Source of the DNA: the human T2T-CHM13v2.0 reference genome, Homo sapiens | Length of the DNA: 64,000 nt | Assembly (NCBI RefSeq): GCF_009914755.1 | Contig: NC_060940.1 | Direction: 5' to 3' (one strand) | Shown here: positions 37,447 through 57,080 of the stretch, piece after piece | Layout: every line of letters begins with the position of its first letter | How positions within the stretch are numbered: position 1 is the stretch's first letter | Made by a program: the position numbers and the translations under genes | Notes under the pieces: model-generated | Database searches by the model: none | The model's input: only the letters and a program-made list of their open reading frames with translations | What the model was told of the DNA's origin: nothing

Positions 37447-39829
37447 TGATCAACTAACAAAAATTTTAAAAAAGAAAGAAAATGCACATGCCTTATTCAA
37501 GGCTCCTTGGGTTTCAAAACACAGAAACCCATTTAAACTAGTTCAGATAAAAGGATGGAGATGTTATAAAGAACCAGACAGGTCTCGGGACTTCAGGAAG
37601 AGCTGCGCCTCAGAAATGTCACAAACCCAAGGCAGTGCTGAGGACAGTTGCTCTGTCTCCCATTTCTTCTCATTGCAGTTTCTCTGTTTCTCTCTGAGAA
37701 TGTCTTTTGCAACAGCTTTATTCTAGTCCTTTTATGGTTTCAATTCTTACATTTAACTTCTTAATCTATGTAGAATTTATTTTGGCATATGGTATGCAGT
37801 AGAGGTTTAACTTTATTTGTTTTTCCAAATAGTTAACTGATTGCCTCAGTATTATTTGTCAAATAATCCTCTTGCATGCTTAGTCTGATAGCTTGCTGGT
37901 GGCTGCCTAGAGTGCCATATGTGGAAGGATTCAAGGCCATATCTGGGTTCAGCAGTAGCAAGTGCTATGCTTAATTAGTGATATCTGCAATGAGTGTGCC
38001 TGAGGATGGGGTGCAATATGCATGCTATACATCTGCCCCTCTTGGGATGAGATGACCTGTCCTTTTCTCATTGATTTTAAATATACCTTTTTGAATAGCA
38101 CTTTTTATATTCTCTGCTCTGATTCTGGAGTTTCTATTGTATTCCATTTTAGTGTTTTGTAACATACCACACTGTATTTTGTAGCTGTAACATTTAATAT
38201 CTGGTAATTCAAGTGGACTGTACCAGCCAAGAAAAATTTGAAAAGTAACAATAGACAATTGCCGGCTGGTATAGTATAGTTACTTATTTCCCCAGATAAA
38301 TTTTGGAATGATTTTATCATTCTTAAATCCTCTGGGATTTTGATTAAAATTATATTAAATCCATAAATTAATTTGGAGAGAACTGATGTCTTTGTAATAT
38401 CTCTTTCCCAGTCATTCCAGCCAAAAATACTGGGCCTTACTCATCCATGTTCCAATCATGTGGCTGAGGGGTACCAGATGTTCTATTTGGCCAGGCCTAT
38501 ATCAGGTCACCTCAGACCTGTACCCAGGGAATGGGGCAATTTTCCTAGAACCACATGGACTGAAAGTGGGGGTTTCTCAAAGGAGAATTAAGGTGATGTT
38601 AACAGAAGAAGGGGGAATGGATGCTAGGCAGGCATAAATAGCAGACATTCATTACATTGCTCTAAAACCATCAGAAGATAATATAGATTAAAGGAGAAAC
38701 CACCATATTAAGAGATTTAGAAACATTATAGACAGCTGTAAGACAAAAGTCAGAATAATAAATTTGCTTAGGTACAGGTGAGCTTGTTGGAGCTTTTAAA
38801 AAATGCTTGACATGTCAAGTGAATAATAAATTATTTTCAGTATTTTATTGGTATTTTGAACATCACATTTCTATGAATTTCAAGCAAGTTTGTAACTGCA
38901 TTGAGATCATATTTTTATAGGTAGAACAACAAAAGTATATAGAGCTCAACAAAAGTATATAGAGCTCAGGGGCAGCTTTTGAAGTCAGAGACGGAGAAAA
39001 ATCTTTGTTTATCAAAATAGACATATATGATTTATTTTTAATTTTTAAAAAGTATCTATTTGTTGTTATTATTTTTTTTTAGAGACAGGGTTTCACTCTG
39101 TTGCCCAGGTTGGAGTACAATGGCATGATCATTGCTTACTGCAGCCCTGAACTCTTGGGCTCAGGTGATCCTCTTGCCTTAACCTCTGGAGTAGTTGGGA
39201 TTACAGGCATGAACTAATTACTGTTCCTGGTTTGCATTTTTTTTTTTTTTTAGTAAGAATTATTTTGGTTGCAGAAACCCAAAACCAACTAATTTAAGCA
39301 GAAGTGGAATGTATTGCCTTATGTAACTCCTGAGACCGGGGGTGGATCTAGGTTTAGGTTCAGTGGGATCCAAAGGCTCAAATTATCTTGGCTGCAACAT
39401 CTCCTGCTGTGGAGGGTCTAATTCTGTATAGTCAGCTAAGATGGTGCCTGCAGCTCTAGGAACATATTGCCTTAACTTAATAACTAACCCCTGTAAGAAA
39501 AACTGGAGGGTTCTTTTACCACTCACATTATCAGTTTGGAGATAGGAAGGACTCCAATAGTTCTGCTTTGCCAGTTCCTCGGACCTATCACTATTACCAA
39601 AATGATGGAGACTGCAATCTAGACCTGTGTCACGTGCCCATCCCTTGTGTATTGAGGTTGGCAGCCTCACCAGACTATAAAATCTGGAGTGGGGTGGTTG
39701 CTAGGTTAACTTATGTACACTATAACAGGCTATAGGGCTTAAAATAATTTTGGCCGGGCATGTTGGCTCACACCTGTAATCCCAGCACTTTGGGAGGTCC
39801 AGGTGGAATCACTTCAGCCTAGTAGTTCA

Positions 39830-40054
<225 letters not shown>

Positions 40055-40141
40055 CTAAGTTGTACATTTTTAAAAACAAAAGGAATCAAAATAGATAATA
40101 ATGACACTTATGGAGAGCTTACTCTGCTAAGCTCTTTATGA

Positions 40142-40291
<150 letters not shown>

Positions 40292-42641
40292 TGAGTAGCT
40301 GGGATTACAGACACGCGCTACCATGCCCGGCTAATTTTTGTATTTTTAGTAGAGATGGAGTTTCACCATATTGGTCAGGCTGGTCTCGAACTCCTGACCT
40401 TGTGATCTGCCCACCTTGGCCTCCCAAAGTCCTGGGATTACAGGCGTGAGCCACCGCACCTGGCCACAACTTATTCTTTTAACAGCCCTGTGAGTCAGGT
40501 GGCATCATCCCCATATAAAATATAAATAAATTGAGTCCTGGAAGATTAAACAGTCAGTGCAAGGTTATAGAATTTGTAGGTGATAGAGGCAAGATTAGTT
40601 ACTCAGATTTATCAAACTACACAGCCTTTGATATTAACCATTATAATAGACTGCCTCTCTGGTGGATCAGTTTGGGTTAAGAAGCTAGCAAGTCTAAAGA
40701 CAGGATTTATTGTTATGATTGGCTTAATTTTCAGGAAAATTGTGCTTTGGATTCTGTGTTGTTGCATCTATCTGGAGGTTATCCAGTTAATGTCTCTCAG
40801 TCTTTTCCTCATTTTTTTTTTTCATGCTGGACCTAAAGCTGTATGTAATTAATCAACTCATATTGAATAACTACACTCTGTTAGACACTCTGAGAGAAAT
40901 AGAATATGTAAGCCCCAAAGATTTTACTTTTAAGAAGTACCCAAAATGGGTTTGTAAATACTAATAAACTGCACATAAGTGAATCCAAAGTATTTCATAC
41001 ATTATAAGTGGTAGACAAATGCTGAGAGAACTTGGAATAAGTGAGCAAGTAGTAGGAATGTATTTTGGGTCAAGTGAGAGAAGGGTGGGACATGGAATAG
41101 GTGTGGGTGGTGGGAAGGATGGAGGGCATGTTTAGAGGGGAGAGGCATGTCTAGAGAGCAAAGACTGGAACAAGCAGTGATGTTCAAACTTCAGCAAACA
41201 GATTTGATGAAATAGCCCATTTTCAAGGCTCTGTACCCCTTTTTAAAAATAGTTTAAATATTTTATTAGTAATATAACTGACTTCTGAAATATCTTGTAA
41301 TAATTGTATTCATTATCTGCAAACTGTTTTGTAATGTAAAAATTAATTTTTCTTTTGTAATTATTCTAGCCAAACTTTTTTGTTACTGCTTTTACTTTTG
41401 ATATATTACTATGTTATTTTACTTTTGGAAAACACCAGTTTTAACAAAGTAGCATTCTCCAAAGTATATTCATCTTTACAAGTAAATCTTTGCCCAAATG
41501 AAACAAAATCTGTTTTACTGAACACTAAATGTCTTTGATTTGCCTCATTTTGCTGTAATTGTTGGCCAGTAAAAGTATTTACATTGTTAGCTCTGTTTTC
41601 ATTGCAGTAAGGGATGGCAACATTTTAGAAAACCACTAGTAGTGTAGATAATTTTTTTGAGTACTATGGATTCTGTATTGTCTCTTCAAAGATTATTAAT
41701 TACATTCTAGGATAAAAATACATATTTTTTACAATGAACACAAAGTAATTGAAAAAATTAAACTGGCTCTGGGCAAATACAAATTCTGCTAAAAACAGCA
41801 ATGAAAGACTAAAGTGAATTCTGGAAACCATTCTTCACCAGAGATGTTTTGATATTGATCTCTGTTGTCCTTTACAATGTAACAGAGTTGATTTTTTTTT
41901 TTTTTTTTGGGGGGGTAGGGGAACAGAGCCTCGCTCTGTCGCCTAGGCTGGAGTGCAGTGGCAATCTCAGCTCACTGCAACCTCCACCTCGCGGGTTCAA
42001 GCGATTCTCCTGCCTCAGCCTCCTGAGTAGCTGGGACTACAGTCCTACACCACCACGCCCAGCTAGTTTTTTGTACTTTTGGTAAGACAGGGTTTCGCCA
42101 TGTCGCCCAGGCTGGTCTTGAACTCTTGAGCTCAGGCAATCCACCAGCCTCGGCCTCCCAAAGTGCTGGGATTACAGATGTGAGTCCTCATGCCTGGCCT
42201 ATTTTTCACATGTGTATTTTTGACAAGAGAAATGTCTTCATTGCACGTTCTGCCTCTGCTTCTCTTTAAGGAGTTTGTGTGTGGTTGGTAGGAAGATGTA
42301 GTCCATTCTTATTCCTCTACCACTTACATGTTTCCTCCCATTATTCTCTTTATTTCTCATATCCTCTCCTACTTCTTCTGTGCTTGGGTCTGAAAAGAAA
42401 TCTTTGAGATTGTTAAGACATCTCCAAACATCTGGATGTAGTTACAAAAATTACCTGATTTTTCTTGGGAAAAAATACAGCAAAACATTTCGGATGGCTG
42501 TTAACTTTGTGTGACCTTGGCAAAAAATAATTTCAGCATTATAAGCAGTATGTTTCTTACCTATTAAAAATAAGATCCCTTCCAGCTCATATTTTACAAT
42601 TCTAAATATGAAATAGAGAATGAAGAGTTAATATGAACTGA

Positions 42642-42865
<224 letters not shown>

Positions 42866-43228
42866 TAGTAGAGATGGGTTTCTCCATGTTGGTTAGGTAG
42901 GTCTTGAACTCCTGACTTCAGGTGATTCACCCGCCTTAGCCTGCCAAAGTGCTGGGATTACAGGCGTGAGCCACCACGCCTGGCCTATAATAATGATTTT
43001 TAACACTAAAAATATTTTAGCTATAATTGAATCTTAGTTTGATGATTCAGATGGAACCTCAAGATTTACAATACCTTATTGTGAGCTTCATTTGTTGTGC
43101 TAAAGATGTGAAGTGCCAGATAAAATATTTTATGTTGTAGATTTGCAGATAAATCGGCTTTTGCTCTTCCACCTTTCATTTTAACTAGCAGCTAATCGCC
43201 TTCAAATCTACACAGGCAGCATTAATTA

Positions 43229-43384
<156 letters not shown>

Positions 43385-43385
43385 T

Positions 43386-43431
<46 letters not shown>

Positions 43432-43660
43432 GATCTTTTTCTCTTAAGCACAGATGAATCACTTAGCAAAGAGAGAAATATTGAGCAATCTAGATTGCAG
43501 TTAATTTTGTCACTGATTATTGTGTACCTTGAGGTGTCTTCATTTGTTCTTTAGTGAATGGGCAAGACTCTCATAATGAAGATTTGCAATCTTAATGAAA
43601 ATTGAAAAAAAAGGCCAAAGTTTAAGACTTAGATGCCAAATAATTCCTTCCACTTTTTAG

Positions 43661-43859
<199 letters not shown>

Positions 43860-46243
43860 TAGCTAGGACTACAGATGCGTGCCACCACACCCAGCTAATT
43901 TTTTGTATTTTTAGTAGAGATGGGGTTTCACCGTGTTAGCCAGGATGGTCTCAATCTCCTGACCTCGTGATCCGCCTGCCTCGGCCTCCCAAAGGAGGGG
44001 GACATTTTTAACATAAATATACTTATTTGTGTTGGCCATTGTTGTCAAGCACATTTGCTTACAGTGAGTTTAGGAATTTAGATATTAGGCGTATTTTGAC
44101 AAAATGGGGAATCAATTTCTTTTACAGAAATGTAATACCTATTTCTTAGCATCAGCACGCTAGTATGAAATTATTTTTCTGTCAGGCATTCTACTCCTCC
44201 AGACTGTACCATCCTTCCACTAGAAGGGTGGAATACACATCAGATTACAGGTATGAATGCTTTTGGAATATGCTTTATTTTTCAGGCCCATGGGTTGAAA
44301 TACAAGAAAAACAACACATTCGTGATACATCAAATTTAGGATATAACTGCTAGAGCAGGAGGAAGATAAATGGCGTCAAGGAGAGGTTCATGGGGGTTTT
44401 TTGTTAGTGAAACTGAGAATGTTAACAGTGATAAAATTGAGTACATGAGTTTTCATTATATTGTACTATGTTTTGTTTCGTTTATTTATTTTATTTTTGT
44501 TTTGTTTTTAAATAGAGATGGGGGTCTTGCTACAATGTCCAGGCTGGTCTTGAACTCCTAAGCTCAAGTCATCCTCCAGCCTTGGCTTCCCAAATTTCTG
44601 GGATTACAGGTGTGAGCCACCGAGTCTGGCCCTGTGATCCATCTTGAAGTAATGTTTGTATATTGACTCTATTTTTGTTTGCTTTTACTTTACCCTCACC
44701 TGACTGATAAAGTTGAGAGATCCTCATTATTTTCTTCTTGTGGGGTAATGGCAGAAGACTGCTCTGTAACTTTTACCAAACACTTTACCGAGTTGCTGCA
44801 GCCAATTCGTTTATATGTCACTGAAAACTCAGACAAATCGAGTCATTTCTCTGCTTTTTAAAATAATTACTCCTCATCACACTTTCAGGGCCTCCAGGGG
44901 CCTGGTTTGAAAGCAGAACATTCAGGAAAGCCATAGGAAAACAGCATCCTGGCTTAAAAGTTACCACCTGAAATAATAAATATTACATGTGAACAGATGC
45001 TTATTTAATGGATTTTGATGGCTTCTTTACCTTTTATTTAAGCACCTTGTATATTGCTAGCATTGAAATAGTATTAATGTCACTGAACTAGAAGGACTCC
45101 TCATTAACACCAATAAATGGGAGAGAATGCACTAAGCCAAAAAGTTGCCATCTTATAACTTGTAAAACTCTCTTAAATGTAGATCTGTATTTAAAGCAGC
45201 AGGCCAACTTATTTATGTGATGTTGATGTGGTGCTGAATAGGAAAAAACATAGCAAAATGGAAAGGATTAGGGAGGTGGGGACATAAAATCCTTTAATAC
45301 TGCTTAGTAAGGTATTTTATCCATTTGAAGAAATCTAAAATTCTTTATGAAAGAGATGTGTGTTTAAAATTGAGGGTGGGTAACGTTGCTAAATCATTGG
45401 GTGTTAGCCAGGTTTGGATACAGTGTACAGCTGAAAGGAATGTTAATTTTGTTAGATTATTGTCAACAATACTTCTCAGAAAACAAAACAAAAAGCCCAG
45501 AGCAAACCAAAAAACCAAAAATGTTTGAGAAATTATTCTCAGATTGTCAGAAAAAAGAGTTTGAATAGTTATTTTAGATTTCGTATTTGGAGGGTAATAA
45601 TTTTGAGTTTGGTTAAAACATGAGAATTCAATAGTATTATTATTATTTTTTTTGAGTGCCTCTAAAATTGTTAATTGTCCTCTTCTTCTGTGCTTCATAC
45701 CTGGATGGAAAATTGCTTCAGGATATCAGTCTGCATGTCTGGAGAAACGAATGCTGCTTAGTTTAGGAGCAGACCAGTGAAGCAACACAAGCTGATAGGG
45801 CCCTGACTCATTCTCCTTGTTTACACCTGATGTTTAGCTCATCTGCACCTATAATTTCAGCCATTACCTGAGTGTCTGTGATGTTTAGCTGTACCTTTTT
45901 GTCCCCAGCCTTTCAGTTATCCCTTCACATTTAACCGTGACTGAGGCAAACTTCTTTGCAGTCACTTACTGTTTAATGAAGGGGCTAGAGTTTCTGGCCC
46001 TGTCTCCTCTGTTCTCTGACTTGGAGGCTTTCTCATTGTTCATGTGCTTCCTAACTTTCATCTTAAGGCTTATAAAGAAAACAAGGAGTAACTCCTCACA
46101 TGTCCCTAGTTAGTAGGCATTACTTTGAACAAACATACATTCTTAGTTTATAATGGAAAATAGTATGGTAGTTACTATTCATACTAAATGTAGGCTGTGA
46201 ACTTTATGAACTGTTAGAATTTTTTTTTTCTTTTTTGAGATAG

Positions 46244-46342
<99 letters not shown>

Positions 46343-46349
46343 TGAGTAG

Positions 46350-46523
<174 letters not shown>

Positions 46524-46853
46524 TGAGACTACAGGCATGTGCCACCACGCCTGGCTAATTTTTGTATTTTTAGTAGAGATGGGGTTTCGCCATGTTGGCC
46601 AGGCTGGTCTCGACCTCCTGGCCTCAAGTGATCTGCCCGCCTCAGCCTCCCAAAGTATTGGGATTATAGGCGTGACCCAGCACGCCTGGCCACATCTGAT
46701 AAATTTTGTATTTTTTGTAGATACAGGGTTTTGCCATGTTTCCCAGGCTCATCTTGAACTCCTGGCCTTAACTGATCCTCCTACCTTAGCCTCCCAAAGT
46801 TCTAGGATTAAAGGTGTGAGCCACTGTGCACAGCCTGTTTTCTTTTTTTTTGA

Positions 46854-46958
<105 letters not shown>

Positions 46959-47589
46959 TAGTAGCTGGGATTACAGGCGCCCACCACCACGCCTGGCTAA
47001 TTTTTGTACTTTTAGTAGAAATGGGGTTTTGCCGTGTTGGCTAGGCTGGTCTCGAACTCCTGACCTCAGGTGATCTGCCCACCTCAGCCTCCCAAAGTGC
47101 TGGGATTACAGGCGTGAGCCACTGCGCCCAGCGTTTTTGTTATTGTTGTTTTGTTTTGTTTATTTTAAGAGACAGGGTCTCACTCTGTCTCCTGGGCTGG
47201 AGTGCACTGGCATGATTATAGCTCACTGTAACTAGTTTTGACCTCCTGACCTTAAGCAATCCTCCTGCCTTAGCCTCTCGAGTAGCTGGAATTAGTGGTA
47301 CATGTCACCATGCCTGGCTAATTTTTTAATTGTTTTGCAGAGACAGGATATTGCTCTGTTGCCCAGGCTTGCCTTGAATTTCTGGCCTCAAGTGATCCTC
47401 CTACCTAAGCCTCCCAAAGTGCTGGGATTACAGACTGAGCCACTGTGTGTGGTTCTGGAATTTTTACAGATAGTATTAACCTTTGGATTTTTGCCTTTCT
47501 TTTCCATTTAAAACAGTTTCCATAAACCCTCCCTTTCCCTTTTTTATTGCAGTGGGAATCCATTGCTTGTTTATTAATAATAATAATAA

Positions 47590-48024
<435 letters not shown>

Positions 48025-48894
48025 TGAGAACTTCCTCTTAATATTGTCTGATCAGCTAAAGACTGGTGAGTACTCTTTTTCACTTGTAGTATGAGGAAGC
48101 AGAAGTGAACAGCACTGCTGCTCAGCTGCAGTTGCTTCCATAGGCTTGCTAGAAGCACCAGAAGTCTCCCACTGGGCACCAGAATCTTTGGGTTGTGTGC
48201 CATCAGGTCTTATTCCATATACGGAATATTATTGCTCCTCAAAAGAAAAACATGTTGAGACAGTAGTTATTAAGAAGTCAGGCTTTGCCACAATCCCTTT
48301 TAAATACAGTACCTCAGGCCTTTCCCAACATGAATTTTAAATTCTTTCAGAATCACAAATTTTTCACAAGGACAGATGATTCATTAATTTTGCTTTGTGG
48401 AAAGAAAAGATCTCAAGTTAATTTCCACAACCTAAATGAATTGACTGTGGAGTTTAAGCTCTGGGAAAACTAAAACATACTAAGAACATTGAGTTTTAAA
48501 TGGAAGCAAGATATTTTCAGTTGATCTGCCAGTGTATGGAAATCTGCAGCATTTGCCCCTTCAGTACCATCTATCCCAATTGCATAGTCTGTGGCCTACA
48601 TGAGTATTTTTCCACTCCAGTTTGCCACATCTTTCTTGGCATCAAATTACTTTTCTACTTAAATGAAATTGCTAGTTTAACCACTGGTGAATGCACTCAT
48701 GGAAGTGAAAATGAAAACTATTTATTCAAGAGTTTCAGTAATGTTACTGCTGTGTGCATTGCATATGACCATAGTATTTTTATACTGATGATCTTTGTTT
48801 CCCTAATGTTATATTTTAAGTTGGCTGTGTATGCAGAGTAGAACTCCTTAGCAAACAAGAGTCCTCATACACATGACCCAATTTACTTCCCTAG

Positions 48895-49197
<303 letters not shown>

Positions 49198-50400
49198 TAG
49201 AGACGGGGTTTCACCACGTTGGCCAGGCTGGTCTCAAACTCTTGACCTTGTGATTCGCCCACCTCAGCCTCCCAAAATGCTGGGATTACAGGTGTGAGCC
49301 ACCTTGCCCAGCCCAACAGAATTCATATTTAACAGATACCTCTTGTGGCCCCTTGTAAGGCAAGAATAAAGGTCTTCAGTTTTAGTTTCTTTCCTTCCCT
49401 CTCTTGTCCATTGATCCCTGGATTTGTGTTCTGGCATCCTGTTTAGTGGGCATGACATAATGGCTTTTTCTTCTATTTTCTTTCCCATTTTCTCTTTCCT
49501 TCATTAGGCATTTCCAACCTGCTTCTTTCATATTTCTCACATATGGCCCCCTAGTGATCCCAGACAAAGAAGTCTAAGGTTCTGGTAACTTTAGATGGAT
49601 TTGAAAGAGGAAAAGGTGGAATAGATAACTTTTCCTGAAATAAAACAGAAGTTTCTAATAATGCTTCTTAAAAATACTTAAATGCAACCAATGTATTATT
49701 AAAAATAACCCACTGTACGTTCATGAAATCCTTTCCATTGAGGTCCTATACTCAGCTATGTGCTTGTTAGGAAGTGATGGGAATGTAGGAACTCTTTGCT
49801 CCCACTTTTTTGTTGTTGTTGTCAAAGGCAAGGCTGGGCCTTGCTCTGTCTACCCTGGCTGGAGTGCAGTGGTGCGATCATAGCTCACAGCATCCTCTAA
49901 CTCCTGGGCTCAGGAGATTTTCCCGCCTTAGCCTCCCAAGAAACGAGAATTACAGGAGCGTGCCACCACTTGGCTAATTAAAAAAAGTTTTTTTAGTAGA
50001 GACAGGGTTCTCACTATGTTGCCTAGGGTGGTCTCGAACTCTTGGGCTCAAGTGATCCTTCTGCCTCAGCCTCCCAAGGAGCTGGAATTACAGGCATGAG
50101 TCACTGTTCCCTGCCTCCTTCTACCTTTTAGCTTTTTGTTTAGCGATCATTATTACTCTTCTCTCCAGTAGATATACTATTTGATCAAGATGTGGGTAAT
50201 TAGTCTCTAATTTCCCTACAAGAAAATATTTTCTAGGCCAGGCGCGGTGGCTCACTCCTGTAATCCCAGCACTTTGGGAGGCCAAGGTGGGTGGATCGGG
50301 AGTTCGAGACCAGCCTGACCAACATGGAGAAACCCTATCTCTACTAAAAATACAAAATTAGCCGGGCGTGGTGGTGCATGCCTGTAATCCCAGCTACTCA

Positions 50401-50505
<105 letters not shown>

Positions 50506-50600
50506 TCAGAAAGAAAAAAAAAAAAAGAAAATATCTTCTATAAGCCTTTGTTAATAAGGAATTGGCTGCATTTTTATTTTTATATACTTATTTTTTTTGA

Positions 50601-50801
<201 letters not shown>

Positions 50802-50911
50802 TGAACTCCTGATCTCAGGTGATCCACCTGCCTCAGCCTCCCAACGTGCTGGGATTACAGGCATGAGCCACACTGCGCCTGGCCTTGCATTTTTATTCTT
50901 TCAAAATATGA

Positions 50912-51308
<397 letters not shown>

Positions 51309-51629
51309 TGATTTTATCTTACATTTTATGTTGACCAATTATAAAGTAGATAAGAAAATAAGAAAATTGACATTGTCGAGATTCAGTTTAAATGTGTATT
51401 TTAAAAATAATTTTTGATTTATTACATACCTTCAGAAAAGTGCACAGATCATAAAAACGTGCAGCTGGATGAATTTTCACAGGCTGACAATACTTTTGTT
51501 AGCAGTGCCCAGATCAGGAAACATTATCAAAACCTAAAATCCTACTCATGCACATTTTCAGGCACTTCACCTCCCATCCAAGTGTAGCCTCTAATACTGT
51601 AGCTTAGTTTTCCCTGTTTTTGAACTTCA

Positions 51630-52312
<683 letters not shown>

Positions 52313-53976
52313 TTAAACCATTTGCTGTGTATACCTGTAGTTTATTGTTTCTCATTGTTATACTGCATATTTTGAATTTTTCACAATTTATCCATTCTAG
52401 TGTAGAAGAGGTTCAGAGACAGATTCTGTATTTGCCAGAGGCACAGAATTAAAAAAGAAAAGCTCTTTAAAACAGTGAAGAATAAAACAAATATTTTAAC
52501 AAAACCTTGCTTATTTTACTAGGTAAAAAACATCTAGGCTGGGCGCGGTGGCTCACGCCTGTAATCCCAGCACTTTGGGAGGCCGAGGCAGGCGGATCAT
52601 GAGATCAGGAGATCAAGATCATCCTAGCTAACACAGTGAAACCCAGTGTCTACTAAAAATACAAAAAAAAAAAATCTGGAGTACGAGAACCAGAAATATA
52701 CATATTTCCTTCTGTACCTAGCATAGTACCTTACTCAAATATTTGTTTGTTGTATGAACAAAGAGGTGATTGAGAAACTAGATGAATTTTTGAGTGTGTG
52801 TGTGTGTGTGTGTTTTTGAGATGGAGTCTCACTCTATCGCCCAGGCTGGAGTGCAGTCGCCCGATCTCAGCTCACTGCAAGCTCCGCCTCCCAGGTTCAG
52901 GCCATTCTCCTGCCTCCTGAGTAGCTGAGACTGCAGGTGCCTGCCACCACACCCGGCTAATTTTCTTGTATTTTTAGTAGAGACGGGTTTCACCGTGTTA
53001 GCCAGGATGGTCTCGATCTCCTGACCTCATGATCCGCCTGCCTCAGCCTCCCAAAGTGCCTGGCCACCATGCCTGGCCAAATTTTTGAATGTTTTATATC
53101 AACTTTTAGGTTCTCTTTCCCATGCTGTTTGGGAAGATTTTGAAATTAGCCTGAACTATCATTGCTGTATTGCTGCTTCTACCAATTCCATTATTATCTG
53201 TGTGTATACATGCCTTTTACTATAAGCTTGGTATGTTTAATTCTGTCTAGAAGTGTTATATCATTGCTTCTCTCTGTATTATAGAAGTTTGACATCAGAT
53301 TAAATTTGTTATCTTGAAATACTCTGCTTTATGGTAATTCAACCAGTATTTAATTCAGTAGACATTGAATGAACATCCCCTACGTATTAGTCAGTGTTGC
53401 AGAGGTGCTTGTTTGAAATCTGGCCATTGGTGGAAATACTTTAAACAGTTTTTGTAGCTATCACAGTAGCTCATATTTTAGTAGCTATATTTTATATGTT
53501 TTTAGTCTACTTTAATGCACATGATTTTGCTCAAGATATGTTTTTGTTGAATGAGTTAGGAGATTTGCTCCTTAATTCTTCATGCTGAGTTTAAACTTAT
53601 ATCTAATTTAGAAGGAGAGATATAGTACAAAGATACCTTTTTCTTATATAACCGAATGAGTCCCCCACCTCAAGATGTTTAAACTATATAGATCTTGTAG
53701 TATACTCACAAAGTTCCCATTCAAAATGCTAAAAGTTTAGCAAGATAGTGTAGACATGGCACAATCTTAGAGATCCCCATTATTGTAATTTCTTCATTTT
53801 GGTAAGTTTGACATTCTGACATTCTGATTTTTGTTATTTAATTTTTTTTTTTTTTTTTTTTTTTTAGACGGAGTTTTGCTTTTGTTGCCCAGGCTGGAGT
53901 GCAATGGCGCAATCTCAGCTCACCACCATCCGCCTCCTGGGTTCAAGCAATTCTCCTGCCTCACCCTCCCAAGTAG

Positions 53977-54417
<441 letters not shown>

Positions 54418-54619
54418 TGATCAGCTTGGAACTCCTGGGCTCTAGGGATCCTCCCACCTCAGCCTCCCAGGTAGCTGAAACTACAGGCATGTGCCACCCT
54501 GCCTGGCTAATTTTTAAGAAATATATTTTGTAGGCCGGGTACAGCGGGTCACGCCTGTAATCCCAGCACTTTGGGAGGCTGAGGTGGGCGGATCCCCTGA
54601 GGTCAGGAGTTCCAGACTA

Positions 54620-54895
<276 letters not shown>

Positions 54896-56099
54896 TCACC
54901 TTGGCCTCCCAAAAGTGTCCAATTTCTGTTAATTAAAAAAATTAAATTTTTAAAATTTAATGGGCTGATTAAAAAAAACCCCAATAAATATAAAATTGTT
55001 TGAAAGCAATGAAAAAAAATCTATTAATTGGACCAAAGCTTAGGGTAATATTCTGGGACACTTTGGAGAGAAACAACTTCTATAATTTTAATTTCATGCC
55101 CAGTACTTTTGAGTGTATGTATTTAAGGTTGTTTTATTAACCATTTCAAATGTAAATATCCTAATACCATTTAATAATTCTTTAGTTACTCTTCAACATA
55201 AACTTGAATTTAAAAAAGGAAACAAAGCCAGGCATGGTGGCATATACCTGTAGACCCAGCTACTTGGCTCAGGAGGCTGAGGTGGGAGAATCATTTGAAC
55301 CCAGGAGTTTGAGGTTTGAGTCCAGCTTGGGCAACATAATGAGACCCCATCTCAAGGGAAAAAAAAAAAAAAAAAAGGGAAAGAAAAGAAAAACAGGCGG
55401 AAGTGAAAAATATTTCCTATGTGCCTTCTGTTGTTAATTGGTTTGTTTGTTTTACGTGGATTTATATATTAAAGCTAGGGCCAAATTTGGGATAACCTGA
55501 GCAGCTGTCTTTGGAATGCACAGAAAATGCCTTTACTAGAGTATGTGTTATTACCTGAGGGTGGGACTCCCTTAGCAAACACCTTATACTAATGTCCTGG
55601 TCACAGGGTTGTGATGTGTTTGATACATGAGTGAGATATACGTTGTGTCCTTTCTTTAAGTTCTTCAAAAATAAACCCTTATTCATTATCCTCTGAAGTT
55701 TGCAGTCTGTATTTTGGTGGTGATCTTAAGCTCTGCTTTAAGGAAAAAGTCTTTTATAGGTTTTAGGGTACTTCTTTCCTTTGTGTACTTATCTTGGTAG
55801 CTCTTTAAGGAAGAATAATCCCTAACAGCCAAGACTACCTTTCATGATATCTTACAACCCTTAACTGACTATCAACAACCTTTCAACAGTAACTCCCTGA
55901 TTATCTATCACCTTGAACCCTACACTCTAGCCTTTCCTAGCTACTTTCATTTGTCTGAATGTTTCTTTTTCCCCTTGCCTCTAAGTCTTTGCCTCTGTGC
56001 TGTAACACTAGCCAGGCAGGCTTATTTCTAGGTTATCTGCCTGGGACTCTTCTACTTGTCTTTTAATGATCAAGGTGTCCTATGTGAAACCTTTCCTGA

Positions 56100-56641
<542 letters not shown>

Positions 56642-56839
56642 TAGAGATAGGATTTCTCCATGTTGATCAGGCTGGTTTTGAACTCCCAACCTCAGGTGAT
56701 CTGCCCGCCTCGGCCTCCCAAAGTGCTGGGATTACAGGCGTGAGCCACCTTGCCCAGCCTATGTTATTTTTTTACTTTGTATATTTTGTATGTATTTCTA
56801 TAATAGTGCTTAATATACTGAGTCATAATTATTTATTCA

Positions 56840-57080
56840 TTAGTAGAGTATAGTAATGGTTACATGCTTGATCTTTCCATCTTTGCTATTTAATGGCAGA
56901 GTGACAGTGGCAAGTCTTTTTTTAATCATTAAGACCTCAGTTTCTTTATATGTAAAATGGGAGTAATAACGTGCCCATTTTATAAGGTTATTGTGAGATT
57001 AAATGAAATTATACACATTTCATTAATTATACACATTAAAGCAAAGCACTTACCTCTTTTTGGCACATATTGCATGTTAA
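56840..57080 (+). mobile_element. MIR SINE (other MIR remnants near 2150-2470, 29380-29530, 40090-40630, 60100-60230, 61540-61640)
   Basis: MIR core cctcagtttctttatatgtaaaatgggagtaataac...aaggttattgtgagattaaatga. Confidence 0.75.
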
